A stretch of 64,000 nucleotides of DNA, taken from Pecten maximus (taxonomy: Eukaryota). The stretch's first letter is position 1. Every line of letters begins with the position of its first letter. Made by a program: the position numbers and the translations under genes. The DNA lies in NCBI RefSeq assembly GCF_902652985.1, contig NC_047019.1:24304001-24368000 (forward strand), in the 5' to 3' direction. The notes beneath the pieces are model-generated. The model saw only the letters and a list, made by a program, of their open reading frames with translations, was not told the origin of the DNA and made no database searches. Below are positions 24,201 through 35,324 of the stretch, in pieces.

Positions 24201-24946
24201 TAATATCTGCATTTGGACAAAAGAGATACAGTTTCTGAAGTTAGACAACAACATTACGCTTAAAAACAGATGGAACGCAAAAGGAAAATAATCTTCAACT
24301 TTGAAGGTACGAAAGATGACTCAAGATAAACAACCGTTTCCATGCTCCTTATTGAGGTATAATAGTAGTGTCGTTTGTGCTTAACGAGGTTCTTAGATCG
24401 TAAACGACACTACTATTATACCTCCCTTTTCAATCTTCATGTTACCAAATATGCATGCACTTCCTTTACTAATTACGCCCAAGCAACAGGTCAGCTGAGG
24501 GATATAATGGATCAGCCCAAATGTACTAACCCAGCAATTTCTCATTATTGTATATATATACCCATTTCATTAATGATCCAATTGTCCTGAAACTGTAAAC
24601 TCATAATTTATATAATTAACAGCTACACGTATATTTCCATTTTAACCTCTTTAACTATACAGATGTATATATGAATGGGTAAAAATTGAAAAAGTCAAAG
24701 TTACTTCAAATTAACTAGATTATTGACATCCTTGATCTATCTTTCTTTAGTACTGATTTGATTTTCTTTAAATGTCATATACCATTAAAAGTTATTAAAT
24801 ATTTACAAGCTCACAAATGCTGCTAAAATATCGTACCTTCATTGTAAGCTAGCTATTATTATTGCAAATTGAGGAAAGTGTATGTCTTCTTATATAATAA
24901 GACAGTCTACTGGTTTGCTTATATCTTTTGGTTGTTTTTATTTCAG

Positions 24947-25051
24947 GTTTATGATGTTCGAGTTTCATGAGAGAAAAACTCTACAGTTGAAAGGAGATTC
25001 CTGCCATGTGCTTTAACATAAGCTAGTAGCCACAGACACACAGAAACCATG
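24947..25051 (+). other. CnB-like gene: 5'UTR exon ending in the initiator ATG
   Basis: Strong acceptor ttgtttttatttcag before 24947. The exon ends ACCATG|GTTAGT. The upstream non-coding exon probably ends at the donor at 24307 or 24357. Confidence 0.65.
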
Positions 25052-28000
25052 GTTAGTCAGTCTCCTATTTACGACTTACATTTAATGATGACAACAACAA
25101 AGATGTAGAATTTAGATTCCTCAGTTAATGCAAAAATGTTTACTTAATTTTTTGTCTTTCATGATTTATATTCAAGTAACCTTCAAACTTGATAGGAAAC
25201 TTAGTTTAATTTCTAGGACTGCTGTACGGGTACAGTAAAGATAAACTACCTGTAACATAAGTAAGTTGAGAATAAGATTTGTAGTGCATTTCAGTCTATG
25301 TTATTTTAATGTCTGTTTTGATGTGAGTTAAACAATGGAAAGTTTATAAACTATTATCATAGGATGTATATGTTATTGAAATTTTGTATGTTTTGTTATA
25401 TATTATCTATCAGCAGGGCTTTTTCTCACTGGTTTGGGAATTTAAGGGCCTTTTGTCTCATTTTGGGAAGAAAATTGGTGAATTGGGAAAGATTTTTTCA
25501 AGAGTAAACTGCAAATTTTGGGAATTTGGCTAAAATGTGAAATAATTTCAATTGGGAATGGGGCCCATTAACGGCCCCCAAAAGCCCCCAGAAAAAGCCC
25601 TGATCAGTATTCACTATTACTACTCTGGCATAAACCAAAATACTATGTGTTTTCAGGGAAACGAGTCCAGTTTACAGGAAGTTCTGAGCAAGGAAGAAAT
25701 TCAAGATCTTCTATCTTCTACTCCGTGTAAGTATCTTCCACAATCACAGGATTGAAATGATAACAATTGTCAAATAACTCAAATAAGGTAAAAGTCAATT
25801 ACAAGTTAGGAAATTAATTTTCATCAAATTAAAACTTTGCAATATATCTCCTCCCAATTGCAAGCTGATTGTGGTCTCAAGTGTTATTAAGTCCTTGGTT
25901 GAAAGCTTGATAAACTAAAGTGTTATTAAGTCCTTGGTTGAAAGCTTGACAAACTAAAGTGTTATTAAGTCCTTGGTTGAAAGCTTGACAAACTATTACA
26001 AAGGACAGACAGTCTGGTTGGCGAAGGGATGGGAGTAATATGGTCAAATTAGCTGATGTGATTTCAAAGTTATCTTTGCAAAAATTGCTAGGAAGGCATT
26101 TGCCCCTGTTCGGATGTGGAAAGGTATGGGGTCACCTAGCTGCCTGACCACATGGGTTTTCCCTGGATTCTGTGGTTTCTTCCCACAGTAAGACCCCTTA
26201 CATGCTTCAATCCAGGCCAAGAAGCTTGTTAAATTAAAGTTGATATAACTTAAATTGTTTCACAATTGTTGTTATATAAATAAAGTTTATAATAAAAAAA
26301 AAAAATAGGCATTGGCCAAATTAGGATAGTGGTATAATCTGGGAAGGCAGATAAATTTACAAAGGGCCTGACCAGCCTGAATTGATTGGTTTGCCGGATT
26401 ATAAAGAGTTTTCATTTCAAACTACAGGGCATGTTTCAACTAAAGTCTCTCATCTGCTGTAATTTGCAATTTCAAGTTCAACAAGTTCCATTGCCAAAAT
26501 TGGCCCGTGAAGGGCTTCTCACCTTCAACTTTACAATCACAAATCACAATTCACATTACAAATCAAAATTCTTGATATTGCAGTCACAGAGAATCAGCTT
26601 AGGAAGTTAATGAAGCGGTATAGAGATATGGACCCTGATGGCACAGATGGCATACCATATGACAACATGTTGACAATGGTCGAGTTTGCGGGAAGTGATT
26701 TAGCACCGCCAATCATTGCCAGTTTACTTGACAAACGATCATTGAAAATTTATCCTAAATCCTTTCTTCGTGTGTGTGCCTTACTGAGTGATCGGATTAA
26801 ACCAGCAGAGAAGAAAAAGTGTATGTTTTCCCTGTCAACTTTGTAGATTAAGGTTATCTCCCCTAGCTAATTGACTGTATCGCAGTATGTAACGTAGTTT
26901 ACTGGGTAGATAGAAATTTACCTTAACAATTTTTAGCCTTTTTAAAGGTAAACAATATTTGATATGGATGATTGAAACTTAAATACTATACCTTAACCCA
27001 AATGATATGTTAAAGAACTACTAGACAGTATAATATATATATAAATTTGTCAATGAGTCTTTGCAAGACCCATTGGCATCCTTTCAAGATGCTACATCGC
27101 TGATAAAAGAACAATTATGTTGGATTAAAAACAAAAAATTGTTCTATATTTTCATAGAATACTAACACCAAACAAAAGTTACACGCTTGATAATATTACC
27201 TGCACTCACCAAAATTACATAAATAATGATATTACCACCCTCCAAAAGTTTCATCTTCTATTTCTATCTTTTGATTTCAATGGAATGAATAATTGATAGT
27301 TAAATTGCATCCCGAAGAAACACCACCATATATATATATATATAAGCTACCGTATGTAGATTTCAGTCCATAAGGTTAATAATTGATTACATTTAGGACG
27401 TTGTTGTTAAGTTTTTGCATTTGTTGGTTCTAATTAAATATGTTTCTATATTTTTAAATGACTCTAGATATGTTCTGTTCACTTATAAAGGTGTTCATTG
27501 CATTTTATATACATACACTGTATTTGTGACAATCAGTATACACACTGTCTGTACTGCAGCATCTTAAATGGATATTTTTTTTATTTGAAATTCTGCCTGA
27601 GATCTACGATTTTAATATCAATATCAGTTATGAAATACATTCCTTTTCTGTTGTTTTTGACAGTCATCTTTGACCTATTCAACATCTACAGTGGTGATGC
27701 TTTAACCCACGATGAGATTTTCCGGCTCTACAAATTATTTTATTCTGTTGCTATCTCTGACGATCACATTCTGGCCTTGACCTTCAAAGCTCTAAATCAC
27801 CCTGACCTTGAAACCAAAGGTCAGATCACATTCCAAGAATTTGAAAAGGTTTGTAGTATTGGTATTATACTCGGTGTAGAGAAATCTGATATAAGCTATC
27901 ACATAAATTTGTCTCAATGTCAAGGTGTCGAGGAATGTTTTTTTATAGAAAAATGAAGCAGCATTTGTTAACTTTTCTTACTGAACTCGAAAGATATACT

Positions 28001-28478
28001 GGGCTTATTATCAGGTAAAATCCTGCTGCAGGATAAATACAATAAGATAAACTATAATAAGATAAAATTATACACAGCTTCTGATTGGTCAAAATTGAGA
28101 TACCTGTATTGTCCGATTAAGCTGAAAATTGGTATTTTAAGGGTTTTGAAGGAAAACAAATGCAATGGTGCTATTTTCCAAAGCAACAGTTGCTAGTTGG
28201 CTGCCATGGATGCAAATGATGGGTAGTAGAGGTATAAGTTAGCCATGGCCATTGGCTCATATTTTTATTTGAAATGTGCTATGCTTTATAATTTTTATAT
28301 CTAGTTGTGTTTCCCTGAATGGCATTTTGCTTCAACTATTTTAGGTATCGTTCATAAATAAATATGTGGCAAATTCCAAATCAAAGTTTATCACGTGAAC
28401 ATTTTATACTTTGATTTTGTTTTGCAGATGATTGGTGACCAGGAGATAGTGGATAGAATGACTGTGGACTTCTTCTGA
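25049..28478 (+). CDS. Calcineurin B / CHP-like EF-hand protein, 181 aa, complete
   Basis: Exons 25049-25051 (ATG only), 25657-25726, 26584-26820, 27664-27848, 28428-28478 total 546 nt in frame. Starts MGNESSLQ (calcineurin B starts MGNEAS). Has four EF-hand-like helix-loop-helix segments and ends DRMTVDFF*. Confidence 0.85.
25414..25602. mobile_element. MITE with 13-bp perfect TIRs and 5-bp TSD
   Basis: CAGGGCTTTTTCT...AGAAAAAGCCCTG, flanked by ATCAG at 25409-25413 and 25603-25607. Confidence 0.85.
25657..25726 (+). CDS. CnB-like gene coding exon 2
   Basis: GNESSLQEVLSKEEIQDLLSSTP. Boundaries ttttcag / GTAAGT. Confidence 0.88.
25879..25995. repeat. 39-bp tandem repeat x3
   Basis: aagtgttattaagtccttggttgaaagcttgacaaacta. 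Confidence 0.9.
26080..26260 (+). mobile_element. Degenerate SINE fragment (V-domain-like)
   Basis: gggttttccctggattctgtggtttcttcccac resembles the V-domain core. Head not recognisable. Confidence 0.45.
26584..26820 (+). CDS. CnB-like gene coding exon 3 (EF1, EF2)
   Basis: FTENQLRKLMKRYRDMDPDGTDGIPYDNMLTMVEFAGSDLAPPIIASLLDKRSLKIYPKSFLRVCALLSDRIKPAEKKK. Phase 1-1. Confidence 0.9.
27664..27848 (+). CDS. CnB-like gene coding exon 4 (EF3, EF4)
   Basis: FIFDLFNIYSGDALTHDEIFRLYKLFYSVAISDDHILALTFKALNHPDLETKGQITFQEFEK. Confidence 0.9.
28428..28478 (+). CDS. CnB-like gene last coding exon
   Basis: Acceptor ttttgttttgcag; MIGDQEIVDRMTVDFF-TGA. Confidence 0.88.
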   Translation: MIGDQEIVDRMTVDFF

Positions 28479-28644
28479 AAGAATCTGTAATCTTCATAGT
28501 TCTAATTTAACAAGCAGGAATACTAGTGTCTAACTTGACCTGATTACATAGTTTCTATGCTCATCGCAGCAGCTCTACATGTCCTTTACAGAACACAGGT
28601 TATTGTCCATGAAATCAGAAATCCACCTTATTGCATCCCGGGTA

Positions 28645-28819
28645 TTTTTATTGCCCCCTCCATGAAATGGGGGGGGGGGGGGGGGGGGGGGTTCATATAA
28701 TGTTACCCATATCCGTCTTGGCCCATCCCGATGCAGTGTAACTAGCTGATCTCAAGAACTGCTGAGGTTTTGGGGTGTCAAGTAGCAGTGGGCATTGATG
28801 TCTTAGACATTTTCTAGTT
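28645..28819 (+). mobile_element. Short HINE-like element with expanded poly-G
   Basis: Homologous to 35850-36043 (tgttacccat.tccgt, gatgca...taactagct.atct, cattttctagtt). Poly-G run at ~28669-28691. Confidence 0.65.
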
Positions 28820-29004
28820 TACTTCTTTATCTTAAAAGTTTGTATTTTAACTCCAGGTATTTGCATAAACTATTACATTGAACTCTGCTTATACGCATAT
28901 AAAAATTCCGATAATTCATGTATTTTTTGGAGTATTTTTGACAAAATGTACCAATCTGTTTTTATGAAGTATATTTTCACTTTAAAATTGCCTACTAATT
29001 TTCA

Positions 29005-29220
29005 GGGCCTAGGTGGCTGAGTAGTTAAGGTGTCCCGACACTTTATCACTAGCCCTCCACCTCTGGGTTGCGAGTTCGAAACCCATGTGGGGCAGTTGCC
29101 TGGTACTGACCGTAGGTTGGTGGTTTTTCTCCGGGTACTCCGACTTTACATCCACCCCCTAAACCTGGCACGTCCTTAAATGACTCTGGCTGTTAATAGG
29201 ACGTTAAACAAAATAAACTA
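29005..29220 (+). mobile_element. Full-length tRNA-derived SINE (V-domain-like)
   Basis: A-box tggctgagtag, B-box gagttcgaaac (29072-29082), core ggtttttctccgggtactccg, and A-rich tail. Three copies in the window. Confidence 0.9.
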
Positions 29221-29719
29221 AGCCTTCTAATTAATTTTTTCATGTTTGGTGAGACACGTTACGTTTGTAGTTATTACTGTAACATTATCCTGTAGGAATT
29301 ATAACACTACAGTGTTACACTAGATGGTATCATGAATGAGATGTAGTACTATACTACTATTGATGTTATTAAGAATAATTTCCTGAAATTAATATAATTT
29401 GTTATCAACAATGAGAGTTATTTTTGAAAGTATGATGTAACGCATATGTTTGAATTACAATTGTTACATAAATTGTCAATCCTTGAAAGTTTTTTTTGTC
29501 TTCTTTTCAATTCTTGGTAAATATATATATATTAATCGGCCCCTAAGTACATTTAGTAACCTAAACACATCGCTCTCACTCTAACAATTTCATTACCTAT
29601 AATTATTCAGTTGTCCTGAAGCTTCATACACTTAAAACATGAAACCACCATATTTTCTACAGGTACTCATTTAAACAGCTATGGGTCAAAAGTTTCAATG
29701 TTCCTGCACTACTGACATT

Positions 29720-30069
29720 ATTGATTTAAATAATAGCCGATATTATTTATTAATCACTCTCGTTGACCTGGATGGAATCTGTCCTAATATAGAGTCAGCC
29801 AATTAAGTGACACTATACCATTTCACGTCAAATCAGTGAATCAAACTCGCTGCCTAGGTGAAAGGCAAGTGTGTTACCAATGTGTCACCTGACCACCACA
29901 GTGAAAGGCAAGTGTGATACCAATGTGTCACCTGACCACCACAGTGAAAGGCAAGTGTGATACCAATGTGTCACCTGACCACCACAGTGAAAGGCAAGTG
30001 TGTTACCAATGTGTCACCAGACCACCACAGTGAAAGGCAAGTGTGTTACCAATGTGTCACCTGACCACA
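29720..30069 (-). mobile_element. tRNA-headed SINE whose 5' 43 bp are tandemly amplified x5
   Basis: Minus strand reads GGTCAGGTGACACATTGGTAACACACTTGCCTTTCACCTAGGCAGCGAGTTTGATTC (A-box, then B-box-like). The 43-bp array spans 29858-30069. Confidence 0.6.
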
Positions 30070-31469
30070 TGGCAAGTGTGGATATGATGGATATTTCTGC
30101 CAATCACAAAAAAAAAAAAAAAAAAATTCAAGTTGAACAGTTTATCATTCACGTATTGCTGGGGAGGCTAGGTCATGAAGGTCAATGTTTATATATATTA
30201 TCAATGGTAACATTTCATGATAACATTATGAAACAAATTCAATATACCGGTAACTGGAAATATCTTAAATGAAATACCCAGTTCTCCAAATTTATTTCAA
30301 CCCCCTCAAAATCTTGCTAACATTTTTAACCAGTATTGTGGTAGGACAGATGGATGAACAGAGTCAAGGTAAAACAGTTATGCCTGACTACAGGGGCATA
30401 AAAAACAGAAATGTGATATTGTGAAACTATTTTTATTCAAAAGTAAAATAATAATAATAGAATTATCTGATATTTCAGATACATGAGGTTCTATGGTAAC
30501 AGTAAACACATGTGGAAAAATTCCACCTAATTTCATTATTCAGGAATATCTTGATTCACAACCCAGTCCTCACATAAATCATTAACCTTTGACATTAATG
30601 TACAAAAAACATATCCATATCTTAGACAAGCATTTCAAGATATCTGAAAACCATAGACAGATATTTACATTCAGTATGCATGAAAGCATTGGTGAACATC
30701 GTATTCATTCTTCATTAAAACATTAGCCTCATCACAGTGTGTAGTAATGTTGGGGACCACTTTATTGCAGGTAGTTCTCTCCGCCATTGGATTTTTTCTT
30801 CTTCTCGTGTTCTTTTAAATAAACACGGTCCATGAAATATATACATAAATCCAGTGTTGTTACAGTCTCCTAAAAGTTTAAAACATAAAAATCACTCCAA
30901 ACATCTCACGGAATAAATGTTGGAGATGGAACTACATTTTGTTTGTGTTGTTGTTATGATGGTTGCTAATTATAAGAGCATGCCAAGAAATGTCCAACAA
31001 TTTCATACAAAAATGGCTGTTCTCTCTCTGACGTTACTTCCAGGTAAAAACATGAAAACATTCATTTTATCTTAGTATTGGGTGCTTTAACAGATAAAAT
31101 CAAAAATAATCATAACGTAGATATAAGGAATGAAATTTATTTTTGCATTTATATACAAAATATGTATGTCCAGAAGCCAATGTTGTTAAGATCTCATGAA
31201 TGTTGAACAAATAAATATCATTCCTTAAATAATATCTGTGAGGTCATTAAAATCATAATCAAACATATGCCTATCTTGTATACTGTCAGCTTTTATAATA
31301 AAGTAATAATTTGGGAACCACTGAAGTATAACCTGAAGTCCCAATTTGCTTCATGTCCTATCATCAATGAGGAATAATGAATTGCAGAAATACTTAATAG
31401 TGTATTATAATCAAGTGTTGAGACATACCAAAATCCTAACTTGGCTAAAACCCTAAAAGGATCATCACC

Positions 31470-32380
31470 ACTTTAAAGATCAAATGTACCCCTGAAATGC
31501 CAACTGTAGTTCACCAAAGATCAAACATATGCCTTACTGTGGACCACCAAAGATCAAAGATTTCTATAATCTGAAGATCACCGTCCAAAAGTCAAACTTA
31601 TGCATAACTACATGTGGATCATCAAAGATCAAACATGTCTAGCTCATGGGTATCAACAAAGATCCAATACACCTAACTGGGTATCACCAAAGATCTAATA
31701 TACCTAACTGGGTATCACCAAAGATCTAATATACCTAACTGGGTATCACCAAAGATCTAATATACCTAACTGGGGATCACCAAAGATCTAATATACCTAA
31801 CTGGGTATCACCAAAGATCAAATTTACCTAACTGGGTATCACCAAAGATCAAACATGTCTAGCTCATGGGTATCACCAAAGATCTAATATACCTAACTAG
31901 GGATCACCAAAGATCTAATATACCTAACTGGGTATCACCAAAGATCTAATATACCTAACTGGGTATCACCAAAGATCAAATACACCTAACTGGGTATCAC
32001 CAAAGATCTAATATACCTAACTGGGTATCACCAAAGATTTAATATACCTAACTGGGTATCACCAAAGATCAAATATACCTAACTGGGTATCACCAAAGAT
32101 CAAATATGTCTAATCTGGGTATCACTAAAGATCAAACATATGCCTAACTGTGGACCACCAAAGATCAAACATGCCTAACTGGGGATCACTAAAGATAAAA
32201 CATTTGCCTAACTGTGGACCACCAAAGATCAAACATGCCTAACTGTGGACCACCAAAGATCAAACATGCCTAACTGTGGACCACCAAAGATCAAACATGC
32301 CTATAATCTGGGGATCGCCAAAGATCAGGCATACATGTATATACAATGCCTAACTGTGGGTCACTAATGATCAAGCATGC
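31470..32380. repeat. 31-bp minisatellite with diverged edges
   Basis: ctaactgggtatcaccaaagatctaatatac; homogeneous core at ~31670-32100. Confidence 0.9.
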
Positions 32381-33394
32381 ATACCTCAGGAAGCAGTGAG
32401 ATGAAGATATTTAACCTGGGTGTACTTACTTGTACCTATAAGCTAGTAGCTCAAGATTTTAATGCTAATTAGTAAATGGTTGATTTGTGGATAAAATAGT
32501 ATACTCTAAACCAAATGACTGCATGTCACTTTAGACATGGCGGTCCACCACATGCTTGTTACTAAATACATATTACACATTCTTCATGTAATGAATATTA
32601 TCTTATGTACACTACATTATGAAATACTGAAGTACAAAAATGTATATTAAAATAATTCAAATATAATGACTAGATATATAATAATATAAAAGCACCTACT
32701 TTAACTCAGAAAAATTAATTAATGCATTCATTTATATTTATCTTATCCAATAAGACAAGTTTGACAATAGGAAGCACATGATTGAACATTTTTGTACATT
32801 TTTTACACTTTATCTTATTCTACATAATGCTAATTAATTACCTCTTCATATGAAATAGGTGCATACATCAACAGGCAACAAAGTCGTCCTCTGATACTAA
32901 AACTATCCAAAATATTTTCAAAATCTACATACGGTAATAATTATGCATATGGAATGAACTTCTAAAAATATTTAACAAAAAATATCACCATATGAATGTT
33001 TGAATTAATAACATTTTGTTTCTTTAATTAAAGCTTTCTGTTACTGGCCCTTAAGCTACTAGGGATGAAAACATGTATAATGTGATCAGTGCTGGAAGTA
33101 TTTATTTCAGAACTGAATGTGTTATGTCAGTATTATAATAGAATGTGTGAGTGTCAATGAAATATATCATAATGTGTAAGTGCCATTATACAAATCTAAT
33201 ACATGTGCATGAACTTAATTATAAACAACATAACTTATTTTTTTCGCCTGCATAAATCTTGTATAATAACATATATGATATACTACTTCTCCTTTAGATA
33301 GCAACGTTCAAGCTGAAAGGAGATCACATTGATTAACAATATAGTGTTATATATGGGTACCACTAAATGATTGTTACATGGTATACTAGCTGTC

Positions 33395-33870
33395 AAACGA
33401 TTTGCAGGATTGTTACAGCTATAGGGTACTGGTGAAAATCAACGAATTGCAGGATTGTTACAGGGTACTGATAAAAATCAACAAATTACAGGATTGTTAC
33501 AGGGAACTGGTGAAAATCAATGAATTGCAAGATTGTTACAGGGTACTGGTGAAAATCAACGAATGGCAGGATTGTTACAGGGTTTTCGTGAAAATCAACG
33601 AATTGCAAGATTGTTACAGGGTATTCGTGAATTCCATGAATTACAGGATTGTTACAGGGTACTGGTGAAAATCAAAGAATGGCAGGATTGTTACAGGGTA
33701 CTGGTGAAAATCAACGAATGGCAGGATTGTTACAGGGTTTTCGTGAAAATCAACGAATTGCAAGATTGTTACAGGGTATTCGTGAATTCCATGAATTACA
33801 GGATTGTTACAGGGTACTGGTGAAAACAAAGAATGGCAGGATTGTTGCAGGGTACTAGTGAAAATCAACA
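33395..33870. repeat. 39-bp minisatellite
   Basis: About 12 copies of gcaggattgttacagggtactggtgaaaatcaacgaatt. Confidence 0.92.
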
Positions 33871-35198
33871 AATCATAGGACAATGTAAAAGCTTTTGGAG
33901 CATTTAACTAACCTGTAATATGCATAGATGTGGGCTTATTACCATGCATGGTTTTATTGGCAGAAAAATATGGTGTATGAAAAAAAAATAGGTTGATATG
34001 CCAAAATAAAGCAAAATTGATAGTCGTTACATTTAATGTAATACATTTCAACACGTACATTGTATCTTAAAAAGAGACATTTCAAATCCACAGAGCTGGC
34101 AGTTACCAGTAAGACAGTGCATCTATTAAATAATAATATACTGAAATTATTTATATATTTCAATGAAGTAATTAAATCAAAATATTGAGTAATGATTAAA
34201 ACAACATAGAACATGTCTTATTTCATTCCAAGCAAACTTTGAATATAGGTTTGAGGATTCTGTTTAACATCATGCAATCAGTACCTAATTGATCAATGAC
34301 TAAACATTCACACGATTAACAATTAAAATGTATATAATTAATGTAAATCATTAATAATAGTAAGTTATTTCTGCAAATGTTTTAAAACAGGAATGTAACA
34401 ATAAAAAGAATATTTTTTTTTTTTTTTTTTAAATATGAAGTAGTTTTGAGACATAGTAAATATGACAAGATCGGCTTATATATGTGTAACATTGACTTAC
34501 AATAATGGTGCCATTAATATTGTAAGATGAGGAAAGTTTACATGGAAAGTGGGCAAGCAAAGACAGATTGAGACATTTACTTTGGAAATTTGAAAATATA
34601 CAGTAAAATGTTGATATATATATGAATTATTTGCCTACTAAAATTTTGACAAAGAAAATGTTTATTGGATTTGAAAATATAATACAGTGTATACATATGT
34701 ACATATAAACAAAAGGGAGGTCTAGAGCAAATATACCAACATACAGACTGTATATGATAAATGAAATTAATGAAACAAAAACTATGGGTCATATAAATGA
34801 CCAAAAAGTATCACTGATAAATCAAAATAAAAAAAAAAAAAAATTAAATATATACGTGTATATATATTTTACATAAAACCAATACAAGGATATGCACCAA
34901 TAATCCTTTGTTTGTTCCCTTTGTATCCTGTATTTACGTTTACAGGATCTTAATTCACAAATGTATAATTAAACAAACTGGACTTAAAGATTATACATAC
35001 AAATTATGTACTTATATAATTGTTTAAACATAACCTTATTTTCATTTGATAAACTTTGAAGATCATTTATAGGAGCTGTATCCTTTCACAATATTGTAGT
35101 TATAATACAAACAGTTCAACACAGCATTTAAAAGGCATTTATACAACAATTGTTTGCCATGTAAATTTTGAGCAGCTGGACATATGGATTATCTCCCC

Positions 35199-35324
35199 TT
35201 ACAAGTGAGATCTCTCCTGACTTAGGAGGTGCTCCAGCTTTTGGAGATTGTCTTTAGCTATAGTATGATTGGGGTCCATGGACAGCACCAGTAAATAGTG
35301 ATGTTTAGCTTCTGTATAGTTTCC
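35199..35324 (-). CDS. TMTC1: TMTC1 last coding exon
   Basis: GNYTEAKHHYLLVLSMDPNHTIAKDNLQKLEHLLSQERSHL-TAA. Confidence 0.9.
   Translation of the reverse strand, partial: GNYTEAKHHYLLVLSMDPNHTIAKDNLQKLEHLLSQERSHL

Noticed and set aside
24270-24306. ATG 24270 as the start of the CnB-like protein
   Set aside because: Splicing to 24947 gives a stop after two codons, and the phase does not fit exon 25657. ATG 25049 yields the family-typical MGNESS.
29005-29090. tRNA gene
   Set aside because: The A/B boxes continue into a SINE core and A-rich tail, and the element has three dispersed copies in the window.
35199-35213. C-terminal SHL of TMTC1 as a peroxisomal PTS1
   Set aside because: TMTC TPR domains are ER-luminal, so a PTS1 would be inaccessible. 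Probably coincidental.
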